A stretch of DNA of 64,000 nt from positions 61,983,550 to 62,047,549 of the forward strand of contig JASCQW010000099.1 in assembly GCA_030264375.1 (NCBI GenBank), written 5' to 3'. The DNA comes from Carcharhinus longimanus. Lineage: Eukaryota. Within the stretch, counting starts at the first letter, position 1, and each line of letters starts with the position of its first letter. A program made the translations under genes and the position numbers. This document shows positions 50,641-64,000 of this stretch, piece after piece. The notes below the pieces were generated by a model. The model worked only from the letters and a program-made list of their open reading frames with translations, searched no databases and was not told the origin of the DNA.

Positions 50641-51126
50641 TTCCTCCCACCACCCCACCATCCAAATTGCTCCAACCGTCCTGATTGTCTCTCTTTCCTG
50701 GTTGCCCTATCAGTTTCCCTTTGACAACCTGCCTGAAGGCCGCTGGTAGCGATGCTGCAGCCCCAGATTTACAGCTTCATTGCCTTTCTCAATTCAATGA
50801 GGCTTAAGGCCCAATATTAGGTGCAGTTAAGTCCTACCCATTCAGGTTTAGGAATCAAAGCTTTTTGCTCAGTTCATGACCACAGGATTCCTTTCCACTC
50901 AACCTGCCAAAATGGATTTTTCATTTGGCAACAGTCCGCTCAAAATTATCTTTGCATCATAATCATTAAATATTACTGTCCCTTTGACCAATACTAAATA
51001 CTATTTGAGAGTATATTTTCATTGATTAGAAAACGTTCTTACAGAAGAAATGAACTTTTGACCCCAAAGATTTATTGAGAAAACCACCAAATGTAGCTTA
51101 CTGAATTTCTGCTTCTGGTTTCTCAC

Positions 51127-51245
51127 CTTCCAGGTGGCAGACTTGAGGTTGACAGTTCTTCCGCGGTTTGTCACAGTACATTTCATTCTCATGAAGAAGT
51201 CACGTTCTGTGTTCATATCTCTGTGTTTCTTTCCAAAGCCTGGGG
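51127..51245 (-). CDS. EPAS1: EPAS1 exon 5 equivalent
   Basis: cctatag|CC CCA GGC...TGG AAG|gtgaga; 119 nt. Encodes (A)[39 protein letters not shown]; [13 protein letters not shown] is HIF-2alpha-type. Confidence 0.97.
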
Positions 51246-51949
51246 CTATAGGCAAACCAGAAGAATTAGCCCTCACAGTATTTACTTACAACGTTGCTAT
51301 CAAAAATGTCTCTTCATTTCTTTCCTCATAAACTTCTCCCTCTTTCCCCCACCCCCTCCCAACCTCAGACAAAACAGTAACAGCTCAGAAGTTGGGGGGG
51401 AGTGGGGGGAGGATATAATTGTGGTTTTCAATTCAGGTTATTAGGACAGTTAGACTGTGTAGGTTGTGGCTTTTTAAATTATAAGCTTCATCTGTGATTG
51501 AAGCCATTGAGCAGTTTCCTGCCAGATGGCCTAATTTAGCTGTGATTCAAGGGCTCTCTGGCATAGATAATGCTAACAAGGGCTCAGCCGCACCAGGTTC
51601 ACTGGCCTTTCCATATTAATTGTATCTGCACTCCACTGAGCCGATCTTGCACTCTAACACAAGGTTGGCTACAATGACAGAGATGTTCCTTCTATATAGA
51701 TATTCGAGCCAGCTCTTACCTTTCCAATTATTTGACAGCATCCCGCACTAGGAATGGTTTCCAAGTCTCAATGCGGGGTGGTGCAAAATTTTGCTATGGC
51801 CACCTTCAGGAATTATAGTCTCTGAATAGAAATGTTTTTAATGAAGCCTCGGTGCAATAACCTGGCCCTGGGCATACACTTGTACACACAGGTGGCAGCA
51901 TAAGGGTAAACTACAATTTGATTAAATACAAATACTAGTGAGTCTCCTG

Positions 51950-52345
51950 TGACACAATGCTCAAGAAGCTCTTCACCATCCAGGACAAAGCATCTGTTTG
52001 ATGGTGACCCCCATCTACCATCTTAAATGTTCACTTCCGCCACCAGCAGTGTGCAGTGGCAGCAGTGTGTACCATCCAAGTGATCCATTACAGTCAAGGC
52101 TTCTTCCAAACCCATAACCTCTTCCACCCTGAAGAGCAAGAGCTGCAGACACATGGAACACCACCTGCAGCAAGCTTCCCTCCAAGCCATCCAAATTGGA
52201 AATATCATTCCTTTCCTGTCTAACAGCGCTCTAGGTGTACCTACACAGATGGATTGTGGCAAATCAAAAAGAGGTCTCATCACCAGCTCCTCAAGTGCAT
52301 TTAGGGATGGGCAATAATTGCTGGCTAAAGTTCCAAAGAACAAAA
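51950..52345 (+). mobile_element. L2-like LINE 3' fragment
   Basis: caccatccaggacaaagca...agggatgggcaataa; collinear with the reverse complement of 32925-33400. Confidence 0.75.
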
Positions 52346-52719
52346 AAGACAAATGCTATTCTATTGAAGTTTGCTGACAGACAAGAGTGGTCAATGAGGA
52401 GCCTATAGTTGCCCTGAAAGCAGCACACAGAGCATTTCCTAAGAAAATTAGCACAGATGATTAACAGAGCAGGATTAAAGAATGTCAGAAAGGTTATACA
52501 TATTTTCCTGCCTGCAAAACATTTGAAATGCCATAAGCTAAGGCAAGAGTCCCACTGTATAGTTACTATTACTATAAATAGTTTTGCTTGTAATCTGCTG
52601 TCATCTTGGGAAGGGCTTAGCAGCTAATGCCCACATCCTGAGTATGAATAATCAAAAAAAGAATGGGAATTATAAAGTTAGCTATCATTAATGAACCATT
52701 TGCCGATTTCAAAGTAATC

Positions 52720-52996
52720 ACAGTGGTTAGCACTGCTGCTTCACAGCACCAGAGTTCAGGTCCGGTCTTGGGTGACTGTGTGAAGTTTGTGCGTTCTCCC
52801 CATGCGTACTCCGGTTTCCTCCAATACTCCAAAGATATGCAAGTTTGGTTGATTGGCCATGCTTAAATGTTCTTTTGTGTCATGAGGATTAGCAGGGTAA
52901 ACACGTGTGCTTACAAGGATAGGGCCTGGGCGGAATTGTTGTCGGTGCAGACTCAATGGGCCGAATAGCTTCCTTCTGCCCTGTAGGGATTCTATG
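52720..52996 (+). mobile_element. HE1-like SINE
   Basis: cagtggttagcactgctgcttcacag head; tail gtagggattctatga. Confidence 0.82.
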
Positions 52997-53999
52997 ATAA
53001 TAATTGAAGGCATCTCTTGTAACGTTAACAGCTACAATTTGTAGATGGCAATGTAAGTTGATCTTTTACTGTTTGATCCCGCCGTTGAAATAAAAAAATG
53101 CCATTTTTACAGTCAGGTAGTTTCAGAAAAAGGGAGACAGAAGACAGGTGTGGGCCCCAAAATCTAGGCACCTCTGTCCCCAGGCTGTGCTGCAACTGAA
53201 GCAGTTTCTAGTTAACATGCCAACACAGTGACTTTCCTGTCTTGTTCACTTCAATGTCTTTATTAAATTTGTACATTAATCGATGTGCACTTTTTAAAAA
53301 TTCTAACCAATTATGCAATAATAGAGAAAAGCCATTGTTTCAACTGAAGTACAGCCTTGAACAAGTGGGCAAGCAAGATTTGACAACCTTGTTTTTGTTG
53401 CAGGAAAGCAAAGACAAATTTGGCCATTGACCTTTGAAAATGTGCCAACAAAAATGGCTCTTGTTTGAGTTGGTTTTCTGGAGTTGCATTAGCTAAAGTA
53501 ATTAAGAAGAGGCTAAGTGATATTCTGCCTGAGTTCAAAACTGCCACTATGAACCAGACATGTGCTGCATGCAATAAAACTTGAAATTGAACTGAGTTTA
53601 CGATTGCACTCACACACTCCACATCACTGACAACTCTGCACTAATCTCAAAGTTTCAAACTAAGGTCTCTGAATCTCAAGGAGTTTCCAAGGTTATCCAC
53701 ATTTTCTTCATTCAACGTCAAACTTCTATATTTTTGATTTGATATATTATCACATGCATAAGCATACAATGAAAAGGATTGTTTCTTGTGCACTATACAG
53801 ACAAAACATATGGTTCATAGAGAAGGAAACGAGAGAATGCAGAATGTAGTGTTACAGTCATAGCCAGGGTGTAGAGAAAGATCAACTTAATGCAAGGTAG
53901 GTCCATTTATGTAAATGTGGCAATAAATTAATAAATAATGTTGAAGTATGCAAATAAAATTAATTTTTAAGCATTGATTTTGTTTGGGTAGTAGGCTTT

Positions 54000-54186
54000 G
54001 GCTAGAATTCTCCAACCTCCCATCAGTGGGTTTTTCGACAATGAGAGATGGTGGACCGTTCGCTAGTGGTGGGTTCTTCTGCTCCTAGCATTGTCAATGG
54101 GATTTCCCACTGTGGCTGCCCCACAGTGCCAGGAAACCCACGAAGGGGGTGCACTGCCACTAGTGAACAGCTGGAGAATTCCAGCC
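54000..54186. mobile_element. MITE with 14-bp TIRs and 3-bp TSD (TTT)
   Basis: ttt|ggctagaattctcc ... ggagaattccagcc|ttt (1 mismatch between the TIRs). Confidence 0.8.
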
Positions 54187-54741
54187 TTTGTCTTTCTGGA
54201 ATCCCTCAGTGACGACACTTACGGGAGGTCCTCAGGAGCAGATACGTATCTGCATGGAAAAAATTCAAAATTCTCAGAAAAAGACAAAGCATTTATGATT
54301 CATGGGGCAAAGCAATTTTGTTGTGTCACAATAGCTACATTGAGAATGAGACAGACAATGCATTGCCCAAGGCAGAATGGTTACTGGCAACCCTTCAATT
54401 TTATTCAGCAAGACAAAATAATTGGGAAGCAAGAACAGCACTTACAAATACCAGGCACAAGGTTCACTCTTTCGAATGGTAGAAGGCATCAGTTCAGCAT
54501 GAATCCCCACATGTCTCAATCAGTTGATATAACAGAGACCAATAAGAACGATCATACTTTCCCCAAAGGAAAAAGGAAACATAAAGACGGGTCTGAACAA
54601 GCTGTTGACAGCAACCCACGGGGGCTTATACAAGGGGGCCAGCACATGGGATACCCATGTGATCCACAGTATACGGAGCCAGCAGAAAAGGCATAAATAG
54701 TAGTAGAATAAAAATATTCAAATTCCAACAATATTTCTTAC

Positions 54742-54826
54742 CATTCTTTACAGTCAAATTTTCTCTGATCTCCTCATGGTCACATGGATGTGTGAAATCA
54801 AAAATGCTGTGTCCGGTCAACTCCAC
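54742..54826 (-). CDS. EPAS1: EPAS1 exon 4 equivalent (PAS-A)
   Basis: caacag|GTG GAG...AAT G|gtaaga; 85 nt. Encodes [28 protein letters not shown]. Confidence 0.97.
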
Positions 54827-55884
54827 CTGTTGCCAAACAAATCCTGGGATGTCACTGATAAACTGTGGAATTACACTTAATTTAACATGTTAAAATAAAA
54901 CTTGTGCTCAGAACAAGGAATGATCATGTTGAAGATTTAATTACCTGTCATTTTTGTGCGTGTTAAGTGGCAAGTTGATTCAATGATGTTTTGAACCTCC
55001 TTATATTCACTCACCTTAAAGCAAACGCTCTGCTACACCAGGTACTCATTGTCGCTCTATCCTTTTTGAAAGAAATTAACTGCACAAGTGCTCAATATGT
55101 CGGTTTTTACTTGGAATTGAAACTGGTGCATTTGTTTTCCCCTAGGACACTTCTATGCTTGCAAAGGTAGTTTCGATTCCTGTTGTCTCACGGGCCAGAA
55201 TTTCCTCATAGCTACCACTGATGCCCTGCTGAAAGATCGGTGTGAAGGCAAGGTTTCTACTGCACTTCTGAACCGAACTGTGGCATGAAAATGGGAGGAA
55301 CTCCAAGGAAACTTTCAACTTATAATTGCAACAAGGAACATCACTACATCTCATTATAATCTACCTGTGCTGCCTCAATCAAGACCATTTTAAGATAAAT
55401 TCACATTGGACCAGATTTAAAGGGCGGGGCGAACACGCAATGGTGGGAGAGGTGTTAGTGGTGAACTGTTAGCTATTGGTGTCATTACTGCTCTGAAACC
55501 AACTATGACTTCATGGCAAGTGCTAATTAACACAGATATCCTGAGATTGTGATCTGTTACTCAAAGATCTGGCACAAAGGTTCCCAGAGCTGGCAACCAC
55601 TGAACTTAGTGATGAATAAAATTTGAATAACTGCAAAACTGACCCTGAAAAAATAATCTTATAATTGTAGAGTGCTGTTAAATGATGAGTTAATGGAAGT
55701 TCTAATTGATTTAAAAAAATTTTTAATATTTCAAGTTCCACCTGCAGCCCAGATCCATTTCTCACTTTAAATTAAAGATTTTGCCCCATGCAAAAACATG
55801 TCAGAAGTGAATTTATTCTAGTGCTATCAGTTTCTGATTTGGGGGAGTGTGGTCTCTGAAAATTCTTTAATGTGATTTACTGCT

Positions 55885-56195
55885 TTTCCATTCTTTCATG
55901 GGTTGTGGACATCCCTATTTGCCCTTGAGAAGATGGTGGGGTGCCACCATTTTGAATTGCTGAGATCCATCTGGTATCTATAGCAATTTGGTTTGAGTGA
56001 GTGGCTTGTGAGGCCATTTCAGAGGGCAGTTAAAAGTAAATCACATTTCTGTGGGTCTGGAGGTACAAGTAAGCCAGAGCAGGTAAGGATTTATGTCCCT
56101 GAAGGACATTATTGAATCAGATGGGCCTTTACAACACTAGAAGATAGTTACATGCCGCCACTACTGGGACCAGCTTTCAGTTCCAAATTTATTAA
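55885..56195 (-). mobile_element. L2-tailed SINE/LINE fragment
   Basis: Similar in reverse complement to 20850-21040 and to the L2-type tail. Confidence 0.65.
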
Positions 56196-57422
56196 TCTGG
56201 GCAGTCATTGCTGCTCCACATTGTGGATGCTTGCTAAAGAAGAGTGCAATCAGTGGCAGCGCCACTGCAGGATACTAGGACTGAGATTCTCACACTAACG
56301 CTGAAAACCTCTGATCTCGCCCATGGTTGGGATTCTCCAATGCTGCTGCAGTTAATGGAGTTTTGGCTGATTACGTATTAAAATCCNNNNNNNNNNNNNN
56401 NNNNNNNNNNNNNNNNNNNNNNNNNNNNNNNNNNNNNNNNNNNNNNNNNNNNNNNNNNNNNNNNNNNNNNNNNNNNNNNNNNNNNNNNNNNNNNNNNNNN
56501 NNNNNNNNNNNNNNNNNNNNNNNNNNNNNNNNNNNNNNNNNNNNNNNNNNNNNNNNNNNNNNNNNNNNNNNNNNNNNNNAGACTGATCCCTGCAGCCTTG
56601 TCGACAGATAAAATGTGTGTCTTACTAGTTGTTTACAATGGAGATTCTGTCTTTCTCCAAAAGTTGCTACAAATGCAGAAACACAAGATTGTCTTGTATT
56701 TGAAAGGAACTAATCTCCTTAACCTGGTCAGCGCAAGAGTACCATTTATTTACATTCCTCTACTTACTGCTAAAATTCCTCAAGGATCAGGAATAACAGC
56801 TGAATGTAGCAGATGGAATCTTGAGGGGGAAGGACTGGGTGGAGGGCGGGTGTGTATCTACAGGGAGTTTTTCACTTATCCCTTGTAAATTCGGGGAAAA
56901 GGCTGTAGTAATCCCAAGAAAATGTCATAAACCACTATAGAAATAAACCCCCTTGATGTTTAACGGGTAACCTTAGTCAGTCTTATTATTTTCTTGAAAG
57001 TATTTATTAGTGTCACAAGTAGGCTTATATTAACATTGCAATGATCACTGTAAAAATCCCCTAGTTGCCACACTCCAGTGCCTGTTCAGGTACACTGAGG
57101 GAGAATTTAGCATGGCCAATGTACCTAACCAGCACATCTTTCGGACGCACTACTGCACTTTTATGGCAGATTGACATTTGCCTGTTACTTGCTGTGTTAA
57201 TTCCATCAATACGATGTTTATAAATGCAACAACATAGAATATATAACCTGATAATAAATAATATGCATATTGTCAACATGGGTAACAATAGGGCTAAGTA
57301 TATTAATTTCCAATCAATTCCATTGAGGAGTACACAAGCTCTTAAAACTGAATAATAGACTCAAACCTCAATTTTCAATTAATGTATTAAAAGATGGCCA
57401 ATTTTGTTAGTGTTGCACTCAC

Positions 57423-57568
57423 CTGTGTAAGTCCCATGTACTTGCTAATATTTTCTGATAGGAAAATGATATCTCCATCCTGTGTGGCCATCATGATAAA
57501 TCCTTCCAGGGCTTTAAGGTACAAAGCATCCATCTGCTTTTCAGTTTCAGTTTCAGTCTCTGGCCCTC
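57423..57568 (-). CDS. EPAS1: EPAS1/HIF-2alpha exon 3 equivalent (start of PAS-A)
   Basis: attacag|GA GGG CCA...ACA CAG|gtgagt; 146 nt, phase 1 to 0. Encodes [48 protein letters not shown]. Confidence 0.95.
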
Positions 57569-57864
57569 CTGTAATAAATAATACTCTGTATGTAAAACTA
57601 TTAGAGTGTTCCTTTGTGCATTTTATGCACTTAAAGGCTGTGCTGGGCAAAGAAACATTGTTCCACAATTTATAATTGACCTCAGAGACTACAGAAATAG
57701 CAACAATCCACCAATCACAGAAGCAGAAATTGGATCAACTAATCAAGTTGCTGAAAATTGTTTTTAAAACGCTCTCCTGTCATTAAAGTCAAAGGAAATA
57801 TTTGGGTTTGCCCACCAAGTTGGAGTTTGAGGTCCATTTACATGGTGTGAGAGTGAAGTGTAGG

Positions 57865-58040
57865 CTGCCTTGATAACCTAACTCGCCTCCCGACTCCCCA
57901 GAGCCTGTCAACCATCTACAACGCACAAGTCAGGAATGTGATGGCAAATTCCCCACTTGCCTAGGTGGGTGCAGATCCAACAACACTCGGGAAGTTCAAC
58001 ACCATCCAGGCCAAAGCAGCCTGCTTGACTGGCACTACAT
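57865..58040 (+). mobile_element. L2-like LINE internal fragment
   Basis: gactccccagagcctgtcaaccatctacaacgcacaagtcagg...accatccaggccaaagcagcc; matches 33320-33470 in reverse. Confidence 0.75.
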
Positions 58041-59199
58041 TGTCAGACACAATTTTCTCCAGGAACCCAGCGGCAACAAAATTATGCAAAGTATCTAGTT
58101 TTGCTAGCTGTCCTTTGATTTATCAGAAACTCCACATCCCACTTTGAATGGCCAGCTATCATAATGAATAGTTAATGCCCTTCAAATGCTGAAAAATCAA
58201 CGTCCAGCCTCTGCCACACTCTAGCTGGCCATTTCCATGGTTACAAAGGTACTAACTGTTGCTTCTTTTTCACAACCTGGCATGCTCTACACTGCTGCAC
58301 TCCATCTTCTATGTCCTTATCTAATGCTGGCCAAAGATAGCTTCATGTTGGACTCCTTGTCAAGCTCACACCTGAGTGCTGAAGGTCACACAGTCAACTG
58401 CAATCTGCCCCTTTTAGGAATTAAAACCCTGGCTTCTACGTAGAACAATCTTTACCAATGGACAACTTGTTCTTATGCATAAATATGCCTAATTTCTAAA
58501 TCCAATATCTGTGTTGGCATCCCTTTGTGATATACCATGCCAATAGAGGGTCTCTGTGAGTTGTTGGACGAATGTCATTTGCTGTGACTGGCAACTCATC
58601 TACATGTGAAAACATACATCTTCCCTGTTAGACATTACCTTTGATGGGAATGGTAATCTAGATATGGCAATGGTATTACAGTGATCTTACAAACAATCCT
58701 CTCCTCAGTGTCAGACTGTGATATAGTTCCATTGGGAAAAAAACACATCCATCTCTTTCTGTCCTGTAAATGTATGTTTTTCCCACTGGGACTGTAAGTA
58801 CCCGAGCCAGCAGTAAAACAGGAGTGTTTCCCACTGGCACATGCAGTGCTTTCCAAAGGGAGTCCTTTGAAAGGTGCAACTGTATCTCCACAGTCACAGA
58901 GAGGCTCTCTTCCCCCCCACAATAGAAGCAGTAATCCTCGCTGGAAAGGAGAAGACCCCCAATCCTTCAGCACAGAGGGACATCCTCCTCCCACCATGGA
59001 AATAACGGGTCATCACTGTCCCCCTCCTGACACACATCATGCACGCATGAGGATAACCCAAACCCCTCTCTCCCTACCAGAGGTTTCCGCACTCACCACC
59101 AACCTACTACAGGAGAGTCACCCCTCCCTCAGGACTGCTTCTCAGGACTCCAACATTGCACTGCCCCCAGCACCCTGGCAAGTGACGCTCTGACTGGCG

Positions 59200-60310
59200 C
59201 CTTGTACTCTGAGGGGTTTCAAGGATGTAAGTGCAATGCCCATGTCCCCCTCTGCCACTGCCAGGCTGCAGAGGGAGGGTCTGTCAATTGTCCTGGAGTT
59301 TGGGTGGGCTTGGACTGAAGGCAATGGGTTCACCTAAAGACTTCTCCCTGGGATGGGTCTTTCTTGTCTAGACTGCCCCTTCTGGCCTGGAGAAACCTGA
59401 ACATCATTCTTAGCATGGTGATTTCAGACATCTCTCTGATCAAAGAATTCATTCTCAGCTATGGATTGTGAAAACTTTGAAGTGATCTGGTCACTTTAAT
59501 CTCCATGCCCACTGCACACCTGGCAGGTTTCCAAGTCATGATGTTTACGAGGTTTCCAAGTCACAGCAGCACACAATTGTGTATAAGGGATTTCCCCTTT
59601 CTTTCCGTCAGAAGCTGCAGGTGTGCAAAGACACTCTTCAACTCCTCTGATTGACGGGTGAAGTCACTTTCCCGGGGGGGTGGATTCCTTTTTCCACTGC
59701 TGCTCACTTAGCCCAATTTTTTAAGCACGGCTTTTATGTCTAGTCTTTGAGCTCTCGTAGAAAGCACAGAACCTTGTAAATTCCTAGAAAACTTTACAAG
59801 GACTTAGAATTCATTAAATTCCACACTCCAGGAGTTTAAATAGATCTTTGATTGACACCTTAATGGTTTTGGCTCAGCAAGCAGCCAGCTGTGTTTATCA
59901 TTCCCTTCATAGTTGAGTGCATCAGAAGCACTTAGCCACCCTGAGGTTGCCTTTGATTGACAGCTTTACTGTCAATCAGAACAGCTGCAGGCAACTTTAA
60001 AGAAGCTAAGTGCTGCAGATGCACTCAACTTTGAAGGGAAAAATAAATAAACACAGCTGGATGAATGAACAGCTGTGGGGAAAGGAAAGTTCCCACCCTG
60101 TTCCCATCTCCCCAGTGAAAGTGACTTCTCCTGTCAGTCACCCATCCCAGGGAGAAGTACTTGGGTGAATCTCGTTTCCCTCTCCCCTTCCACCCCCAGG
60201 TCCAAACCCATCCAAAACCCAGGATGGTCCCCCTTCCTCTGCAGCCTGACAGCAACAGAATGGCACATAGGCATTGCACTTACCTCCTTAATACCCTTAA
60301 GAAGAAGTCT
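59200..60310. repeat. Large imperfect foldback palindrome
   Basis: Nested inverted arms 59885-59963/59969-60060, 59648-59710/60062-60140 and 59221-59357/60141-60289. Confidence 0.8.
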
Positions 60311-61814
60311 GTTCCTCGATTCAACCATTTTTCCCCAGACTCATCACCCACTTGGATTTCTACCTAACCCACCTGGAGTCTTGTGCATCCCCTCCCAGTA
60401 AACAACATGGTATCACTTCCACCCACTTGTTTGTGAGCTTTCCATGCAAGCTTGTCAGGGTCCAGTGTCCCTCCCCTTAGCTTTCCTCTGCCTTTCATTG
60501 ATCATTTTCTTCATCCTTGCCCCTCTGCCTGTCATCATAAGCTCTCTCTCTCTTCTCTCCCTTCTTGCCAGCCCTCCTTACACATAGCTCCCTTGTCTTC
60601 ATTAGGCCACACAAACCTCCCCCCCCCCCCCCCCACCCACCTCAACTCACCTTGCACTCCACCCCCAGTCGAAATTTGGATCTTTGTTACAGTGGCAGCA
60701 TGAGTCCCTCAGNNNNNNNNNNNNNNNNNNNNNNNNNNNNNNNNNNNNNNNNNNNNNNNNNNNNNNNNNNNNNNNNNNNNNNNNNNNNNNNNNNNNNNNN
60801 NNNNNNNNNNNNCCCTCAGCACAATACTGTCCAGACAGACACTGGTGTGTGGCAGCAGAGGGAAAGAGACCCCTGTACTCCCCAACACCCAGTACTGATC
60901 CAACTCAGCTTGACGCAGGAAGGTCCATGGATCCAGCAGCTTGGTGCAATCCATGAAGAGCAACTCAGCATGGAGATGGAGGGTAGGAACAAGTCTGCCC
61001 AGCAGAGTGGTTGTAAAGCACATCAGGAACAGCACAGCACTATGGCGGAAAGACTTTGTTGTGCTCACCTCAAAGTCTCTTGCAAACTGAGGATAACCTT
61101 GTGCACGTCACTAATTGGCAATCAGATTTTAGACAAATGTAAAAGCCCTCAGGTGTGATGCAAGATTGGAATGCCTAATGCTACACAGTGGTCAGCTGTT
61201 TTAATGAACATTTGTGAGATGGAAATGAATACAATGGCAGAAAGACCAACCTGACATTGGGAGAATTGCAACACGATTTTACACTGGATGGTTTCTGACA
61301 TTTTGGCTTCCACTAGATTTTCTGCTCCTACCTGTCACCAAACCAGTCACAGGTGGAATGGGTGAATTCTATCCATAAAGTCAATTACCAACTGAAAATG
61401 AGTTTATTCTGACTCCACTATATATACCTACACAAATGGCCTAATTGCACAACCTAACATCACCATCATGCTCCAAATAATAAATTACTGGAAGCAATGG
61501 GATGCAAGATCCTCTAGTTTCTGCCAGTATCACTAAAATTACAAGTATAGCTAAATTCTTGAAGTGGTTTCCTTTCATATTTGACATAACCTAAAAATTA
61601 TGAGCGACTTGACCTCAGAAATTGTTTCACTAATTCATTTTCTCTTCAAATTGGCAGGATACCACATACCAAGAGAACCAGCACTGAACTTGATTCAAAA
61701 CATGGATGTTAATATGTAGCTGTTTAACAGATGTATTTTAACAAAGTCTGCTGGTAAAAACAATCAACATATTGATCTTTGAAGCCAATAGCTTGTACTT
61801 ATTTTGAACTAATC

Positions 61815-61940
61815 AATGAGATTTTATGGCCTCGGTCGTCCCAAAATTGTGAAATCCCACCCGAGGTCAATGGACCATCTCATTGCCTGCCCCTCGCCCA
61901 CTACGATTCTCATGGCGGATGGGGCAGTAAAATTTCGGCT
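61815..61940. mobile_element. Short MITE (same subfamily as 23864 and 32188)
   Basis: gagattttatggcc...gaaatcccacccgaggtcaatggacc...gtaaaatttcggct. Confidence 0.72.
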
Positions 61941-62049
61941 ATTGTGTCAAATTTGTAGTTTTTGCTGTTCTTCACAGCAATATAAGTGTGGTGTTATACA
62001 GAGTTTAGCTGAAAAAACTCAACCAATTTCATTTACATTGATAGGGATA

Positions 62050-62420
62050 AGTGTCAGCCATGGCTTAGCTGTTACCTCAGCCTCTGAATTAGAAAGTTAT
62101 GGGTTCAAGTCCCACTCCAGGACTTGAGCACAAAAGTCAAGGCAGACGTTCCAGTACAGATACCGAAGGAGTGCTGCACTGGCAGCACTAAGATCTGTAA
62201 AAGCTCCCTAGCACTATTCCAAAGAGCAGGGTATTTATTCCCACTGTCCAGGCCAACATTTATCCCTCAGTCAGCACCACAATGACAGATTATTGCATTA
62301 CTGCTAGTGGGAGCTTGCTGTGCGCAAATTGGCTGCCAAGCTTCCTACAGCAGCGACAGCACTTCAAAAGTAAGAGGATTTAAAACACTTTGGGATGCCC
62401 TGTGGTCCTTCAAAGGAGTA
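62050..62420 (+). mobile_element. SacSINE1/DeuSINE-like element
   Basis: tRNA head gggttcaagtcccactccag, central ggccaacatttatccctca...gtgggagcttgctgtgcgcaaattggctgcc, tail cactttgggatg. Family name from recall. Confidence 0.65.
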
Positions 62421-62784
62421 AGCTGTGTGCAGTGGCAGCATATGCTCCAGTAAGAACACTGCAACAGCGCAGCATCTGAGATGATTACCTTCAGTTCCCT
62501 TGTTGAAGGCTCACTGCTTGAACTTGGCAGCCTGTCTACAGTTATAATTAAACCAGTAGATTCAAATTTCCTGTACTTCAAGGAGTACAGGTCAGCACTG
62601 ACTGCCCAGGCCATGAAAGATTTGAATTTGCTCAAACTCACATACGCCATATGCATCTCAGCTCTTGTCAATTTTTCACATAAAGCTGAGCCTATGACTA
62701 AAGATCTTTGTATTGCTTCCGAGCTGAGGAATAGTCAAATACCAGTTCCATGATAAGATGACAGGACTGCAGGCAGGAAGAGGG

Positions 62785-62878
62785 TTATAGAGATAGGGCC
62801 TGGATGGGATTGTTGTCATTGGTTCAGGCTTGATGAGCCAAATGGCCTGCTTCTGCACAGTAGGGATTCTATGATTCT
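62785..62878 (+). mobile_element. HE1-like SINE 3' tail
   Basis: gatagggcctggatgggattgttgtc...gtagggattctatgattcta. Confidence 0.78.
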
Positions 62879-63774
62879 AAAAGTCAGTTTCATGACATAA
62901 CAGAGGGGAAAACGCAATGCTGAACATGGCCAGCCTGGTTGTGGTAAAATGATTTTTTTAGATCCCCTTTCCCAAGTTCACAGCATCAGGTCTTGCAAGA
63001 TCTGCCAGGGATCAAATTTGTTCTCGGATTCTCACTTTCTTGTTGTGGCAAATGCCTAGCTACCACTTTCTGCACCTTCCTCAGGAATTTCCACAATGGA
63101 GGAATCCACTCTGACACTAACCAGTGGCGCCATACAAATCAAAATGCCTTAGATTTGGAAGCAATGTGATAAAATAGCCACTGGTATGAGGAGTGACAAA
63201 AGCAATTGTCAGCAGCGTTTTTTTAAAACTATTCTCAGAATCAAACATTTTTCAGGAAATCGCATTAGCATTTGTCTGCAGATACCTTTCATTTTAGGTA
63301 TATTTTTAATAACTATTCTATTTGGGCACAACTACAATCCATTGAACTTTTGTGAGAATTTTGGCTGTTAGTTCAATCCAAAGTCCTTAAAATGCTACTG
63401 ACAGAATTATAATCAGTTGGTCTACACTCCCAGGACATTGGCTGATGCCCAAAACAAACTGAAGGTATCCTGCTTCTCAACACTCTAAATCTTGCTGACC
63501 TTTTGACTGTGCAGAAGTTGTGTTTGTTTCAAATTTCAAAAGTGAGATGTGAAGATTCAGCATAATGCATTTCAGAGAATGCTTTTGAAGCTTGCAAGGA
63601 ATTATCACGAGAAGGAAAAATTACAAATATGCATTGTTTTAAAAAAGAATATCCTTTCCCACCCACTGCTACCTTTTTACAGGAATATTAAAAATAGCAC
63701 ATAATAACATAAATACATTGATGGGACAGACCTTCACAACAAAAAGGAAAATAGGGATTTTTGTACAAATGTTC

Positions 63775-63985
63775 TGTTATGAACCAGCCTCCCATCCATT
63801 GACTCTGTCTACACTTCCTTGGCAAAGCAGCCAGCATAATTAAGGAGCCCATGCACCCTGGACATTCTCTCTTCCACCTTCTTCCTTTGGGAAAAAGATA
63901 CAAAAGTCTGAGGTCAGGTACCAAACAACTAAAGAACAGCTTCTTCCCTGCTGCTGTCAGACTTTTGAATGGACTTACCTTGCAT
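63775..63985 (+). mobile_element. Non-LTR (Rex1/Babar-like) 3' fragment
   Basis: gcagccagcataattaaggagcccatgcaccctggac...aagaacagcttcttccctgctg; a related piece lies at 23523-23575. Confidence 0.55.
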
Positions 63986-64000
63986 TGTTATCTTTCTCTA

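Noticed and set aside
57569-64000. bHLH exon 2 of EPAS1
   Set aside because: No KEKSRDAAR/LDKASIMRL-like sequence seen; it presumably lies beyond the window.

Overview
Eukaryotic genomic DNA, almost certainly a cartilaginous fish (shark), judged from its HE1-like and SacSINE1-like SINEs and CR1/L2 repeats. The window carries the 3' part of EPAS1 (HIF-2alpha) on the minus strand: 13 coding exons between 57568 and the TAA stop at 12285. All have GT-AG sites and compatible phases, and they correspond to human exons 3-14 and 16 (PAS-A, PAS-B, NODD, CODD, C-TAD). Exons 1-2 (bHLH) were not found and presumably lie beyond 64000. No exon equivalent to human exon 15 was found. The 3'UTR probably runs to about 10555. 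Introns and flanks are filled with SINEs, LINE fragments, PIF/Harbinger-type MITEs and remnants, and Penelope-like ends. N-runs hide roughly 4 kb. I cannot support a wholly new biological system. The best leads are a HIF-1alpha-type FIH site (CEVNAP) in this HIF-2alpha, the apparently missing exon 15, a ~1.1 kb foldback palindrome in intron 2, a 97-bp near-perfect inverted duplication tied to transposon ends, tandem in-frame donors at exon 9, and candidate exons of an unannotated transcript downstream. Repeat family names and human comparisons are from recall, not database searches.
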